This document shows, piece by piece, positions 21,924-30,599 of a stretch of 64,000 nt of DNA. Under the pieces are notes generated by a model. The model was not told the origin of the DNA. It did not search any database and was given only the letters and a program-made list of their open reading frames with translations. The translations under genes and the position numbers were made by a program. Location of the stretch: assembly GCA_050173015.1 (NCBI GenBank), contig JBFXLE010000005.1, forward strand, positions 1-64,000, written 5' to 3'. Positions within the stretch are counted from its first letter, which is position 1. Each line of letters begins with the position of its first letter. Source of the DNA: Calditrichaceae bacterium. Lineage in GTDB: Bacteria > Calditrichota > Calditrichia > Calditrichales > JBFXGD01.

Positions 21924-22745
21924 CTACTTTTTTTCTTTTTGAAACATGACATCAGCGACAGCTTTCCGCAATAACTTCACTTGCTCTTTACTTAAATCGC
22001 ATGAACGGGTTTTTTCGATTGAAAGCTTTCCGCCGCGCAGTATTTCTTGACCATACAAGGTCCCCGAAATGTCATCAGGAATTGTCTGAAAAACAGCGCC
22101 GAACAAGGTTAGCGCGGAGAGAAAAGTACCGGTTTTTGACGGATGTGACCCATCGGGCATATACAGATCTATTGTGGAAATCTCGTGGAATTTTCCCCAA
22201 ACCAAGCCGACCGGCGCAAGCAGACTTCCCAATTCTTTTGCAATGGTTTGGTATGCTTTTGTTAAATACTTTTGTTGTTCCGGCAGGCGCTTCCGCGACC
22301 ATGTCATAAAAAACACGGTTTTAGCGCCACTATTAATTATTTCCGCATTCAGCTTTCGCGCGTAATCATAAAATTGTTTTGGACTATCATTATTTGTTAA
22401 ATCACGTGACCCCAACATACTTTGCCCCTGCAGAACAACATAATCCCAATAACCGGATTTGATTTCCCGCAAAGCTTCTCCGACTTCCCAATGTTCTTTT
22501 AACGTTGCGCCTCCGCCACCAATAAATTTTACGTTTATGGTATCATCAGGGAATTGACTTTCCGCCATCGCTTTAAACATTTGCGGCATGCTATTGAAAT
22601 AAGTGTAACTATTACCTATAAAAAGTATATGGTATGACTTATCATCCGGTTGCGCCGTAATGTCTCTACTGCAAAAGAACAGAAGAAAAATGAACAGAAC
22701 GCCCCAAAATCGCTTTTGGAGCGTTCTCAAATTACCCGAAATCAT
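21924..22745 (-). CDS. Secreted SGNH/GDSL-type hydrolase
   Basis: Signal peptide, LFIGNSYT block I, WDYVVLQ, DGSHPS (DxxH). Confidence 0.85.
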   Translation of the reverse strand: MISGNLRTLQKRFWGVLFIFLLFFCSRDITAQPDDKSYHILFIGNSYTYFNSMPQMFKAMAESQFPDDTINVKFIGGGGATLKEHWEVGEALREIKSGYWDYVVLQGQSMLGSRDLTNNDSPKQFYDYARKLNAEIINSGAKTVFFMTWSRKRLPEQQKYLTKAYQTIAKELGSLLAPVGLVWGKFHEISTIDLYMPDGSHPSKTGTFLSALTLFGAVFQTIPDDISGTLYGQEILRGGKLSIEKTRSCDLSKEQVKLLRKAVADVMFQKEKK

Positions 22746-23113
22746 CTTTTTGACGCTCCCATAACCACGGAATTCAACTTAGTTCGCAATAAGAACCAAA
22801 GAAGCCCGGACACAATAAAAATGCCTAAACCTAATATTAAAGCAACAAGCGAGACGGCATATCCGGCTGCGACTTGCTCAGCGCTCAGATAGGAATATAT
22901 TTGTAATCCCTCATAGAGACCCAGGTAATGAGAGAAAACTCCAAGAGACAGCGCGAACACACCTAAATGAATGATCTTGTTTAGATCAACATTCGTCTCT
23001 TTTTCCTTTCCAAACAGTTTGATACCGTATTTTACTGTTAGAAATATAATGCCCAGCGCGATGAGCGCCATTGGCCACCCTAAAATTCCTGCTTGATTGA
23101 TCAGGTTTAACAT
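22742..23113 (-). CDS. Small 3-TM membrane protein (short MotA/TolQ/ExbB-like)
   Basis: Three hydrophobic helices, VAAGYAVSL segment; stop overlaps the next start (ATGA). Confidence 0.65.
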   Translation of the reverse strand: MLNLINQAGILGWPMALIALGIIFLTVKYGIKLFGKEKETNVDLNKIIHLGVFALSLGVFSHYLGLYEGLQIYSYLSAEQVAAGYAVSLVALILGLGIFIVSGLLWFLLRTKLNSVVMGASKR

Positions 23114-23218
23114 GATGAAATGTCCTTTCTCTAAAGTGATTAATGTGAATTTGACTTCGGTTTAGTATAAGGACAAAAGAGAAGCGGGATGAAAGTTCTG
23201 TTTGAAATGCTCAAATAA

Positions 23219-23923
23219 TTAACGAAGCTTCAACATTTCTTTCAAACTTTGAAAACGACCCCGGCTGACCGGGAGCGCTTCGCCATTTTTTAATAGCAAA
23301 CTGTATTTGCTGCCGCCGTGGGAAACGATTTTTTCAACGAAATACATATTTACGATGTAAGATTTATGACTCCGGACAAAACTGGAGGGCAGTAAGATAT
23401 CAATTTTTTCAAGGTTTTGATGATGTAATTCACGGGTACGGTCACTCGTAAAAAGTTCAGAATAGACACCCGCGCCTTTGATATATACGACACTGCTCAG
23501 TTCAATCAGCTTTATCTCCCCGCCACGTTTTATCGACAGGAATTTCGAAGTAAAGTTATGCTTGGCATCAAAATCATTCAATTTTTCAAATGTTTTCAGA
23601 AGCCGCTCTTTATTAAAGGGCTTTTCGATAAAATCAATGACGGGATAAGTAAACGCCCTGATCGCGCGTTCACTGTACGCCGATATGATGACCGTATAAA
23701 AACTCCCCGACCGAGCGTCCTCAAGTAAATCAAAGCCATCCTCCCCCTTTAGATTAAGATCCAAAAATAACAGGTCTATTTGATGAATTTCCAGGTAGGA
23801 TTTACATGCTTCAATCGTCATACACTGTTTGATATTTGTGATTCGATCGCCCAGAATATCTTTAACGAGGCGTTCAATTCGTTGAGCAATAAACGGCTCA
23901 TCTTCCGCGATTAAAATCTTCAT
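23219..23923 (-). CDS. LytTR family response regulator
   Basis: MKILIAEDE, DLLFLD, KPF receiver; FVRSHKSYIVN and LPVSR LytTR motifs; ATGA overlap with the kinase. Confidence 0.93.
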   Translation of the reverse strand: MKILIAEDEPFIAQRIERLVKDILGDRITNIKQCMTIEACKSYLEIHQIDLLFLDLNLKGEDGFDLLEDARSGSFYTVIISAYSERAIRAFTYPVIDFIEKPFNKERLLKTFEKLNDFDAKHNFTSKFLSIKRGGEIKLIELSSVVYIKGAGVYSELFTSDRTRELHHQNLEKIDILLPSSFVRSHKSYIVNMYFVEKIVSHGGSKYSLLLKNGEALPVSRGRFQSLKEMLKLR

Positions 23924-25107
23924 TTCGGTATCACAATTTTTGTTTCCCAGGCATTGCCGTTTGCTTGCGAAGAGAATTCCCATTTCCCGGGAAAAGCCTG
24001 CTCCAGCCTGGATTTGATATAACTGACTCCCAAACCATCCCCTTCAAACGATTGCTTAATTAAAGGTTCAGAAGTGATCCTAAATATCATTGATTTTTCC
24101 GTTTCCCGCTGCTCTATCACAAACCGCCCTTTTTCTTGATTCGAATGCGTTAATCCGTTTTCTATCAACGTATGGAAAATCATGGGCGGAATATGTGTAT
24201 CCGCAAGAATTCCTTTGGATTCAAGTATAAATTGAGAGATTTGCTTTGCATTGAAAATATCCAAATGGATTTGGCAGATTTTAAGTTCATCTTCAATTTC
24301 TATCAAAGTTTCGCCCGAAACCCGGGTAATAAAACGAAATTCCTGCGAAAGCAGCTCTATTTGTTTTATGGCGAGTTCAGGCTGTGATTCAATCCATTCA
24401 CTTAAAACCGTTAATGTATTTAGTAGAAAATGCGGTTGTATGGATTTTTTTAACATTTCATTTTCCAATTGCATGGCTTTAATCCTGAGTGACTTCAATA
24501 AAGTTTGTCGTTCTTTGAAATCATGAAATACCGTATAAGTCACCGATAGAATCAACACCATTGAAGATATGGTCAGACTGGAAACAAAAAAATTGTTGGA
24601 AACAAGGAGAGCAATCAGAACAAAAATAACAGTCGTTGTTGTGAACAAAAGTTTGGCGGCAAATTTCTTGCGTTTCATGGCTTTCAATGAGATCCACGAA
24701 CAGGCCATGAGCGTTAAAGCGTATATAAACCATATGATGACAAAAAATATGGTCTTGGGCGCGTTTTCTATGAACTGTGAATCGTAACCGGCAATCAAAA
24801 TAAGGATGATCCCAAATGCCCCGACGCCAAAAGATCGTTCATTATCAAAAAAATCGGCAAAAAAGTAAAGCAAAGATAAACTCGCGCAGGTAGATGTTAT
24901 CAAAAATGCAAGGGGCAGTCCGTTTAATATAAAAAACAGACTCATTCCTCCAAAACCCGCGTATGCAAAAAAGAACAGATATGACTTTTTCTTGTCTAAT
25001 CCAAAATATATGCTAACAAAAAACAGAGTGGTCACCATGAAAACACCCAGGAGAAAGAATGTTTCTCCAATACTAAAATGGGTGTTCATTAGTGTTGCAT
25101 AATCCAT
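23920..25107 (-). CDS. LytS/YehU-type membrane histidine kinase
   Basis: Multi-TM N-terminus, IQPHFLLNTL H-box, PPM..TLIEN, GDGLG. Confidence 0.9.
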   Translation of the reverse strand: MDYATLMNTHFSIGETFFLLGVFMVTTLFFVSIYFGLDKKKSYLFFFAYAGFGGMSLFFILNGLPLAFLITSTCASLSLLYFFADFFDNERSFGVGAFGIILILIAGYDSQFIENAPKTIFFVIIWFIYALTLMACSWISLKAMKRKKFAAKLLFTTTTVIFVLIALLVSNNFFVSSLTISSMVLILSVTYTVFHDFKERQTLLKSLRIKAMQLENEMLKKSIQPHFLLNTLTVLSEWIESQPELAIKQIELLSQEFRFITRVSGETLIEIEDELKICQIHLDIFNAKQISQFILESKGILADTHIPPMIFHTLIENGLTHSNQEKGRFVIEQRETEKSMIFRITSEPLIKQSFEGDGLGVSYIKSRLEQAFPGKWEFSSQANGNAWETKIVIPK

Positions 25108-25433
25108 AAATGGCCTATATATATCAGATTGGTTCGTCCTTTGGTTGATATATATTTACAAAAATGGCTTTTATAAATCAAAAATTATAGGTGAAGCGCT
25201 CATATGGTTAATAAACTGTGATTCTTACTAAAATTCGGTTTTCTGACACAGGGCTAAATTGGAATTATAGACAAATCTTAGCCGCATCCGAATGGGCGTG
25301 ATCTATTTTTGACAAAAATTCCAATCCCTGCATGAAGCTTTTTTTAATATACTATCCAAAATTTTCAAAGCCGGTAAATAGAACGCCCCCGCTATAAACG
25401 GCGTCCATCTGCATCGCTCTGTCCCCCGATACC

Positions 25434-25901
25434 CTACTCGAAGTACTCGTCGTATTTCTCAAGGTAGCGCCTGACTTTCCCGGCATCTTCAAGCCTGCCT
25501 GATTTCGATAGCGCTGAAACCGCCGGCATAAATCCCGAAAGGTACACATGCAATTGTTCATGCGCGTCTCCTGTCATGGTGCAGCCCTGAATCAGTTCAT
25601 CGGTAAGGATTTTCAGGTCGGCGCCGGCCTTCTTCAGGCCATCTCCATCCAGAGAATGCAGGTCGGAATCTGAGAAAGACGCGGCCATCCTGGCAAAGCT
25701 GGATCTTGTGTGATCGTCCATCTTCCATTTGCGTCCATTGTCCAGCCGGAGGCCATCAAGTCCGTCTTCCGGCACAACCGAGTCTGTATGGGATGTATTT
25801 TTCTTTACGCCGTGAGTATGCTCTCCGGCGCTTTCAGCGCCGCATGAGACAAAAAACGCGGCCGTCATAAAAACGAGCGTTATGATCAATGTGTGCTTCA
25901 T
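25434..25901 (-). CDS. His-rich lipoprotein of unknown function, possible metal binder
   Basis: Lipobox FFVSC, HTHG, LDNGRKW, CTMTGDAHEQLH. Confidence 0.75.
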   Translation of the reverse strand: MKHTLIITLVFMTAAFFVSCGAESAGEHTHGVKKNTSHTDSVVPEDGLDGLRLDNGRKWKMDDHTRSSFARMAASFSDSDLHSLDGDGLKKAGADLKILTDELIQGCTMTGDAHEQLHVYLSGFMPAVSALSKSGRLEDAGKVRRYLEKYDEYFE

Positions 25902-26145
25902 ATCTGGTTTCCTTTTGATTTATTGCCGGTAAACGTATTGAGTTGAGGTGTATGTTATTTATTACTTGTGTTTAAATATTGGAAAACTTTCTAAATACAG
26001 AAATATTCCCCGGATATGAGATAAAATATTTTAAGTATGAGAAGATTTAACCGTCCGGCGATAAAAATAAATGTGGGGATTTTAAATTCCTTTTTGGGGA
26101 AAGATGTAAATTCCGCTTCACGCGTAGCCCTTGCCACTGCCATTT

Positions 26146-26697
26146 TCAAGATTCAATCAGTATCTCCCTACGAACGGTAAAGTACTGTATGGCAGCAAAA
26201 ATAAGATGGATGCCACCGACAAAAAAACCACAGGCGGAAAATGACTGAATGAAAACGAACCCGAAGAAGATGCCCGATAGAACCAGAATACAGGCGACCA
26301 CCAAAAACGAGATCATGGAATAGATGTAGGCAAACGGGAGCCAATGCGCGCCGACGAGTACCGCGAACGCGGGAAAAAAGATGTTATTATGCCCGCTTGT
26401 GGTAGCCATAAAGATGAGCGGCAGACCAAGAGGAATAGTAAGAGCAACCCATGTGTTCAGGATTGACAGCCGATTAGAGGCGCCCGGTGATGGCAGCTTT
26501 AAAAGCCGGGAACACAAAGTCGCGATTGGGTGGATGAACATGCCGCCGAGAAGAAGGACAAGCATAGCGGCAGGAATTTGGCCGGCCGCGCCGAGGGATG
26601 CCGAGATCAGCCAAAGGCCCCCCTCAACCAGTAAGTAGACAGCGCCTCCGAAGTGACAGTGACGATATTCTGCGTGTTGGTCATAAAATTCGGTCAT
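26146..26697 (-). CDS. Integral membrane protein of unknown function (cassette-borne)
   Basis: About 6 TM helices, VGAHWLPFAYIY motif; ATG lies 16 nt after an attC core GTTATGC. Confidence 0.8.
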   Translation of the reverse strand: MTEFYDQHAEYRHCHFGGAVYLLVEGGLWLISASLGAAGQIPAAMLVLLLGGMFIHPIATLCSRLLKLPSPGASNRLSILNTWVALTIPLGLPLIFMATTSGHNNIFFPAFAVLVGAHWLPFAYIYSMISFLVVACILVLSGIFFGFVFIQSFSACGFFVGGIHLIFAAIQYFTVRREILIES

Positions 26698-26713
26698 TGA
26701 ATCTTCCTTCTTT

Positions 26714-26801
26714 GCATAACGTTGGCAAATATGCCGCGAGCTGAGTTATTGACAGGAGAGCCGGACTACTGAAACCGTCAGCTTAATTTGCATTGTTATA
26801 C
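26714..26801 (-). mobile_element. Integron attC site (88 bp)
   Basis: Minus strand GTATAAC-5nt-AAATTAAG...CATATTT-6nt-GTTATGC; imperfect palindrome 19 nt after the SdpI-like stop. Confidence 0.75.
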
Positions 26802-26820
26802 AGTTTTATTATATAAAGTT

Positions 26821-27147
26821 TCAAATTTCAACTTTACTAACATGTATAACTAAGGCTATTAAACTAATTATTACCACAATGGAAACTATAGCTTCAAATT
26901 GTATATGAATAATACCCAAATATTTTTCTAATATTCTATAAATAATAAGCATGAGTCCGGCACAAAAAATATACCAACCAAATAATTTGTTAGCTTTATA
27001 CCATAATTGTTTATTTGACAATGTACTTTTCGATCTAAAACCCAATGTATGATTTGGTGGAATTTTTTCAAAAATGAGAGGTATGCTTATAATAATAAAT
27101 AAAATAGGTACCCAAAATCTTGAAATTAAATCAGTTCCAATATCCAT
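26821..27147 (-). CDS. SdpI/YhfL-family membrane protein (cassette-borne)
   Basis: PPNHTLGFRSKSTLSNKQLWYKANKLFG matches the SdpI pattern N-x-x-x-G-x-R...W..AN; very AT-rich. Confidence 0.85.
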   Translation of the reverse strand: MDIGTDLISRFWVPILFIIISIPLIFEKIPPNHTLGFRSKSTLSNKQLWYKANKLFGWYIFCAGLMLIIYRILEKYLGIIHIQFEAIVSIVVIISLIALVIHVSKVEI

Positions 27148-27381
27148 TTGAATCTTCCTCAATTTACTTGAAACAAGTTATCTATTTATGAAGTACTATT
27201 CAGCCCCAATGAGAATCTTTGAATCCTTACTGAAAAATACATACAATTTTCTCATAAATACTGAAACTTTCAACTTCAATTAAAAAATAAGTAAAAACTC
27301 AAACAATATCAGATTAATTATAAAATTTTAAATAATATCTATATTATTCAGTTCCGGCTGAATGGTTAACTTTATGATACT

Positions 27382-27475
27382 GTATAATACCTAAAGTAAG
27401 CGGCCAAGCCGGCTGTTTTGCTTGGGCCGAGTGTGTGCTATTTTTGGCACACACGACTTCACCGACTAGTTATGT
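27382..27475 (-). mobile_element. Integron attC site (94 bp) with a mutated core (GTT to ATT)
   Basis: Minus strand ACATAAC-5nt-GGTGAAGT...GCTTACT-6nt-ATTATAC, with internal hairpins tgtgtgc/gcacaca and ccaagc/gcttgg. Confidence 0.75.
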
Positions 27476-27600
27476 GTTTTCAAAAATTGAAGAAAAAAAG
27501 ATAAAGGCTTAAATATAATCGGTATCATTTTAAACAATAGGAATGGAAATTTCAAGAGGCTAATGATATGTGGATATTTAAACAAACGATTTAATCCGTT

Positions 27601-27866
27601 CCCCAATCCCGGAGGGATGAAACCTTTGTAGAAAGCCTGCTACCCTGAAATCCTACGACCCCATCGGGGTCGAACAATTATCGCGGGATTCCCTTTTCTA
27701 CAAAGATGTGACACCTCCGGCGTCAGGTTTTTTAATCATATCGCCAATATTTATCATTAATTCATGGCCTCCAATGCACCCGGTGATTCTAATCCCGGGG
27801 GGATGAAATTATTGTAGAAAAACAGACGCCACGCCATTCCGCGGCCCCGTGGGGGTTGTACAATGA
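27601..27866 (+). repeat. REP/REPIN-like element family A (one full and one partial copy)
   Basis: aatcccggagggatg..tgtagaaa...gaccccatcggggtc...tttctacaaagatgtgacacctccgg; second copy from ~27791. Confidence 0.8.
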
Positions 27867-27909
27867 ACGCAAAACCATCATTTGTATTTTAATGTTGATC
27901 TCAAGCCGC

Positions 27910-28485
27910 TCAAACAGCCCTTTTATAGAAGTGCATGAGTGCGCCGGATGGGCTCATTTCAAACTGAGTGAGCTGAAGTTTCGTCGGAACGGCTCCGTCA
28001 GCAAACAAACGTTTACCTTCACCGACTACTACCGGGAAAGTCCAAATCCGAAATTCGTCAATAAGCTGATTAGAAAGAAGAAGTTGGATGAGCTCCCAAC
28101 TTCCATGTACTTGTATTAAAGGACCATCTTCTTGCTTTATCTTTAATATTTCTCCGGCCACATCCTGACCGTTGATTTTTACAGTATTTTTCCAGGAGAG
28201 ATCTTTTATATCCGATGTTACAACATACTTTTTTGCCCGGTTGAGTGTGTCCGCGACCGGATCACCCGGCGCAACATCGGAAAAACTTGAAACGAAAGTA
28301 TTGTAAGTATTACGCCCCAACAAAACATCATAATTCTCAGCCATTGCCTTTCGAACAACCTGTTCCATAACATCCGTCCAGCAATCATTAGCCCAACCAC
28401 CCCGGGGGAAGCCAGCCGATGGAGCACCGGGAGCTTGCATCACACCGTCAAGAGTTTGGAATATTAATATTGCTAAATTTCTCAT
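27910..28485 (-). CDS. DHFR-fold / RibD C-terminal domain protein (cassette-borne)
   Basis: TLDGVMQAPG, LLGRNTY, VHGS, LIDEF, PVVVGEGKRLF. Confidence 0.9.
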   Translation of the reverse strand: MRNLAILIFQTLDGVMQAPGAPSAGFPRGGWANDCWTDVMEQVVRKAMAENYDVLLGRNTYNTFVSSFSDVAPGDPVADTLNRAKKYVVTSDIKDLSWKNTVKINGQDVAGEILKIKQEDGPLIQVHGSWELIQLLLSNQLIDEFRIWTFPVVVGEGKRLFADGAVPTKLQLTQFEMSPSGALMHFYKRAV

Positions 28486-28520
28486 TGTATTTACTCCAAT
28501 AAAATTGTATACCTATTACC

Positions 28521-28647
28521 GCATAACCGCTTGAAATCACGCGATTGCGGGTGGGCAAAGTCAGCTTCAATGCCAAAGTGACACCACAGGCGCAACCAAT
28601 GTTTTTTAAACGCTGCGCAGCAATTCGCGCGCATTTATTTGTTGGGC
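28521..28647 (-). mobile_element. Integron attC site (127 bp)
   Basis: Minus strand GCCCAAC-AAATA-AATGCGCGCGAATTGC...GCAATCGCGTGATT-TCAAGCG-GTTATGC, 23 nt after the methyltransferase stop. Confidence 0.7.
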
Positions 28648-28670
28648 GGCAAACTGCTTGCGGTGGGTTC

Positions 28671-29480
28671 TCAGTTACGGGCTGCCGCTATTACGACGCG
28701 AACCTGAAGCACCAAAGCATGATCATCAACAAACTCCTGCCACTTTGTGGCGACATCGCGCTCCAGCAATCCGTGACGGTCATCATCCATCCGCGCCACG
28801 GCGCCCGCGAGCGGGGTGCTATACACGTACTGCCAAAGAAACTCTTCCGGCGCCGGGAGGCGCAGCGACTTGATGTCGGACTGAACGGAGACATCGTGAA
28901 AACCGGCGCCTCTAACGAGGTTCTGAATCTCTGCCGTATCGTGAAGCGAGAAAATATGATCTACGAACCCCGCTGCCTCCGCACCAATGTGTCGCTCGAG
29001 TGCCTCTCCCATGATCGCGAATAGCCGCGGTGTGGGTCCGGGCACGTTAATGATCAGGCGGCCACCACGCACCAGAACCCGCCGCATCTCGCGTAGCGCA
29101 GCATGTTTGTCCGGCATGAATTGGAGGCCCATCTGGCACAGCACAACATCGAACGACGCATCCGGGAATGGCATTTCCTCCGCGCTCGCCTCGTGCCACT
29201 CTATGAGCATACCGGGCGGCGTTACGGAGCGTGCAACCGCCAGCATACCGGGATTGACATCCAACCCAGCGACAGTCCCGGTGGCGCCGACCTGCTGTGA
29301 CGCAAGCCGCGCGACAACACCAGTACCGCAAGCAACGTCTAACACTCGTTCACCTGGACGAAGTGCGGCGAGGCGAATGAGATCAGTTGCCAGGGGCGCG
29401 CCAATCGCTGGAACAAAGAAACGCTCGTAGTTTACCGGTGGTTTTCCGCCGTAGGCTTTACCAAAGTATTGCTCAGTCAT
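28671..29480 (-). CDS. Class I SAM-dependent methyltransferase (cassette-borne)
   Basis: VLDVACGTG motif I, GLDVNPGML, FPDASFDVVLC; markedly GC-rich. Confidence 0.93.
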   Translation of the reverse strand: MTEQYFGKAYGGKPPVNYERFFVPAIGAPLATDLIRLAALRPGERVLDVACGTGVVARLASQQVGATGTVAGLDVNPGMLAVARSVTPPGMLIEWHEASAEEMPFPDASFDVVLCQMGLQFMPDKHAALREMRRVLVRGGRLIINVPGPTPRLFAIMGEALERHIGAEAAGFVDHIFSLHDTAEIQNLVRGAGFHDVSVQSDIKSLRLPAPEEFLWQYVYSTPLAGAVARMDDDRHGLLERDVATKWQEFVDDHALVLQVRVVIAAARN

Positions 29481-29547
29481 TCTCTACTCTCCTTCTTTTG
29501 CAATTTTTTGAACTCTCGGCTTAAATACCTACACCTGTCTGCAACCA

Positions 29548-29690
29548 CGGGATTTCAATTTATTCGTCAATCCCAATCCCGGAGGGATGTCATTTTTGTA
29601 GAAAAACAGACCCCACGCCAATCCTCGGCCCTGTAGGGGTCGAACAATTATTGCCGAATCCCCGCGCTATAAAGCCGCGACATCGTTGGC
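29548..29690 (+). repeat. REP/REPIN-like element family A
   Basis: cgggatttcaatttattcgtcaatcccaatcccggagggat...; matches 35563-35713 and 27601-27724. Confidence 0.8.
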
Positions 29691-29759
29691 GTCCATCTGC
29701 ATCGCCCTGTCCCCCGGTACCCTACTCAATATTTCCGTTGTATTTCTCCGGGTAGCGCC
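29688..29759 (-). pseudogene. Duplicated 3' end and trailer of the 25434-25901 lipoprotein gene
   Basis: 72-nt ungapped match to 25400-25471; encodes RRYPEKYNGNIE* versus RRYLEKYDEYFE*. Confidence 0.8.
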
Positions 29760-29778
29760 GGCTGACAGATAAAATATT

Positions 29779-30336
29779 TTATGTATGAGCAGATCTGACA
29801 ATCTCATATCTTACCTGAACAAACCCATTATCTGAATCCGACGCGGAAATCAGACGCGTGGGGATTTCCTTCTCCAATTCACCAAAAAGCGGAATCCCGG
29901 ACCCGAGCAAAACGGGTATTCGCGTAATGGTTATCTCGTCAATAAGCCCGGCCCTTAAAAAGCCTTGTATCGTTATCCCCCCGTCAATGTACAGATGTTG
30001 ATATCCTTCTTTCCCCAGCATCGTTACCAATTGCTTCGGCGTCCGGTTCTCGACCCTCATTTTTCCCTGTAATTCGTTTGGAATGTCCATCTGCCGGCGG
30101 GTGAGAACAACCACCGGAGTTTTTTCATACGGCCAAAATCCAAACGTCCTGACTTTTTCATACGAGTTTCGGCCCATTACGATCGCGTCAACGGTGGCGA
30201 TAAAATCATCATAATCCAGGCCCTTTAACTCAACCCCGGAATATTCCGGGTTATCAAGCCACTCAATACCACCGTCCCGCTTCGCGATGAACCCGTCAAT
30301 ACTTGTGGCGATATAGACCGAGCACTTCACACGCAT
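29779..30336 (-). CDS. DHFR-fold / RibD C-terminal domain protein
   Basis: YIATSIDGFIA, VMGRNSY, YIDGG, PVLLGSGIPLF. Confidence 0.92.
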   Translation of the reverse strand: MRVKCSVYIATSIDGFIAKRDGGIEWLDNPEYSGVELKGLDYDDFIATVDAIVMGRNSYEKVRTFGFWPYEKTPVVVLTRRQMDIPNELQGKMRVENRTPKQLVTMLGKEGYQHLYIDGGITIQGFLRAGLIDEITITRIPVLLGSGIPLFGELEKEIPTRLISASDSDNGFVQVRYEIVRSAHT

Positions 30337-30599
30337 AAATGACCCCGTTTTCTTCAGAAATTTGATTGTAAACCGAAATGATTCATCCAATGCATTTTAT
30401 TATTGGAAAACATTCTGAAAACCAAAATATTCCTCTGATATGAGATAAAAATTATGGCGCCGGCCCTCCGTTAATGAGTACAAAAAGAAAATCTATACAT
30501 TCCGGTTTTTTATGCGAGAGATAATGTGAAGCTGGTTTGGATTCATCACAAACGCGACACAGATCAATTCAAAGCGAATTTAAAACAAGCTCTCAATAT

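Noticed and set aside
28545-29430. Plus-strand ORFs overlapping the methyltransferase
   Set aside because: Antisense shadows of a GC-rich gene with no recognisable motifs; the other short nested ORFs in the track were rejected for the same reason.
27910-30336. dfr trimethoprim-resistance cassettes
   Set aside because: Both proteins look like RibD C-terminal/DHFR-fold family members (TLDG/SIDG start, P...G.G..LF end), not DfrA or DfrB; resistance cannot be claimed.
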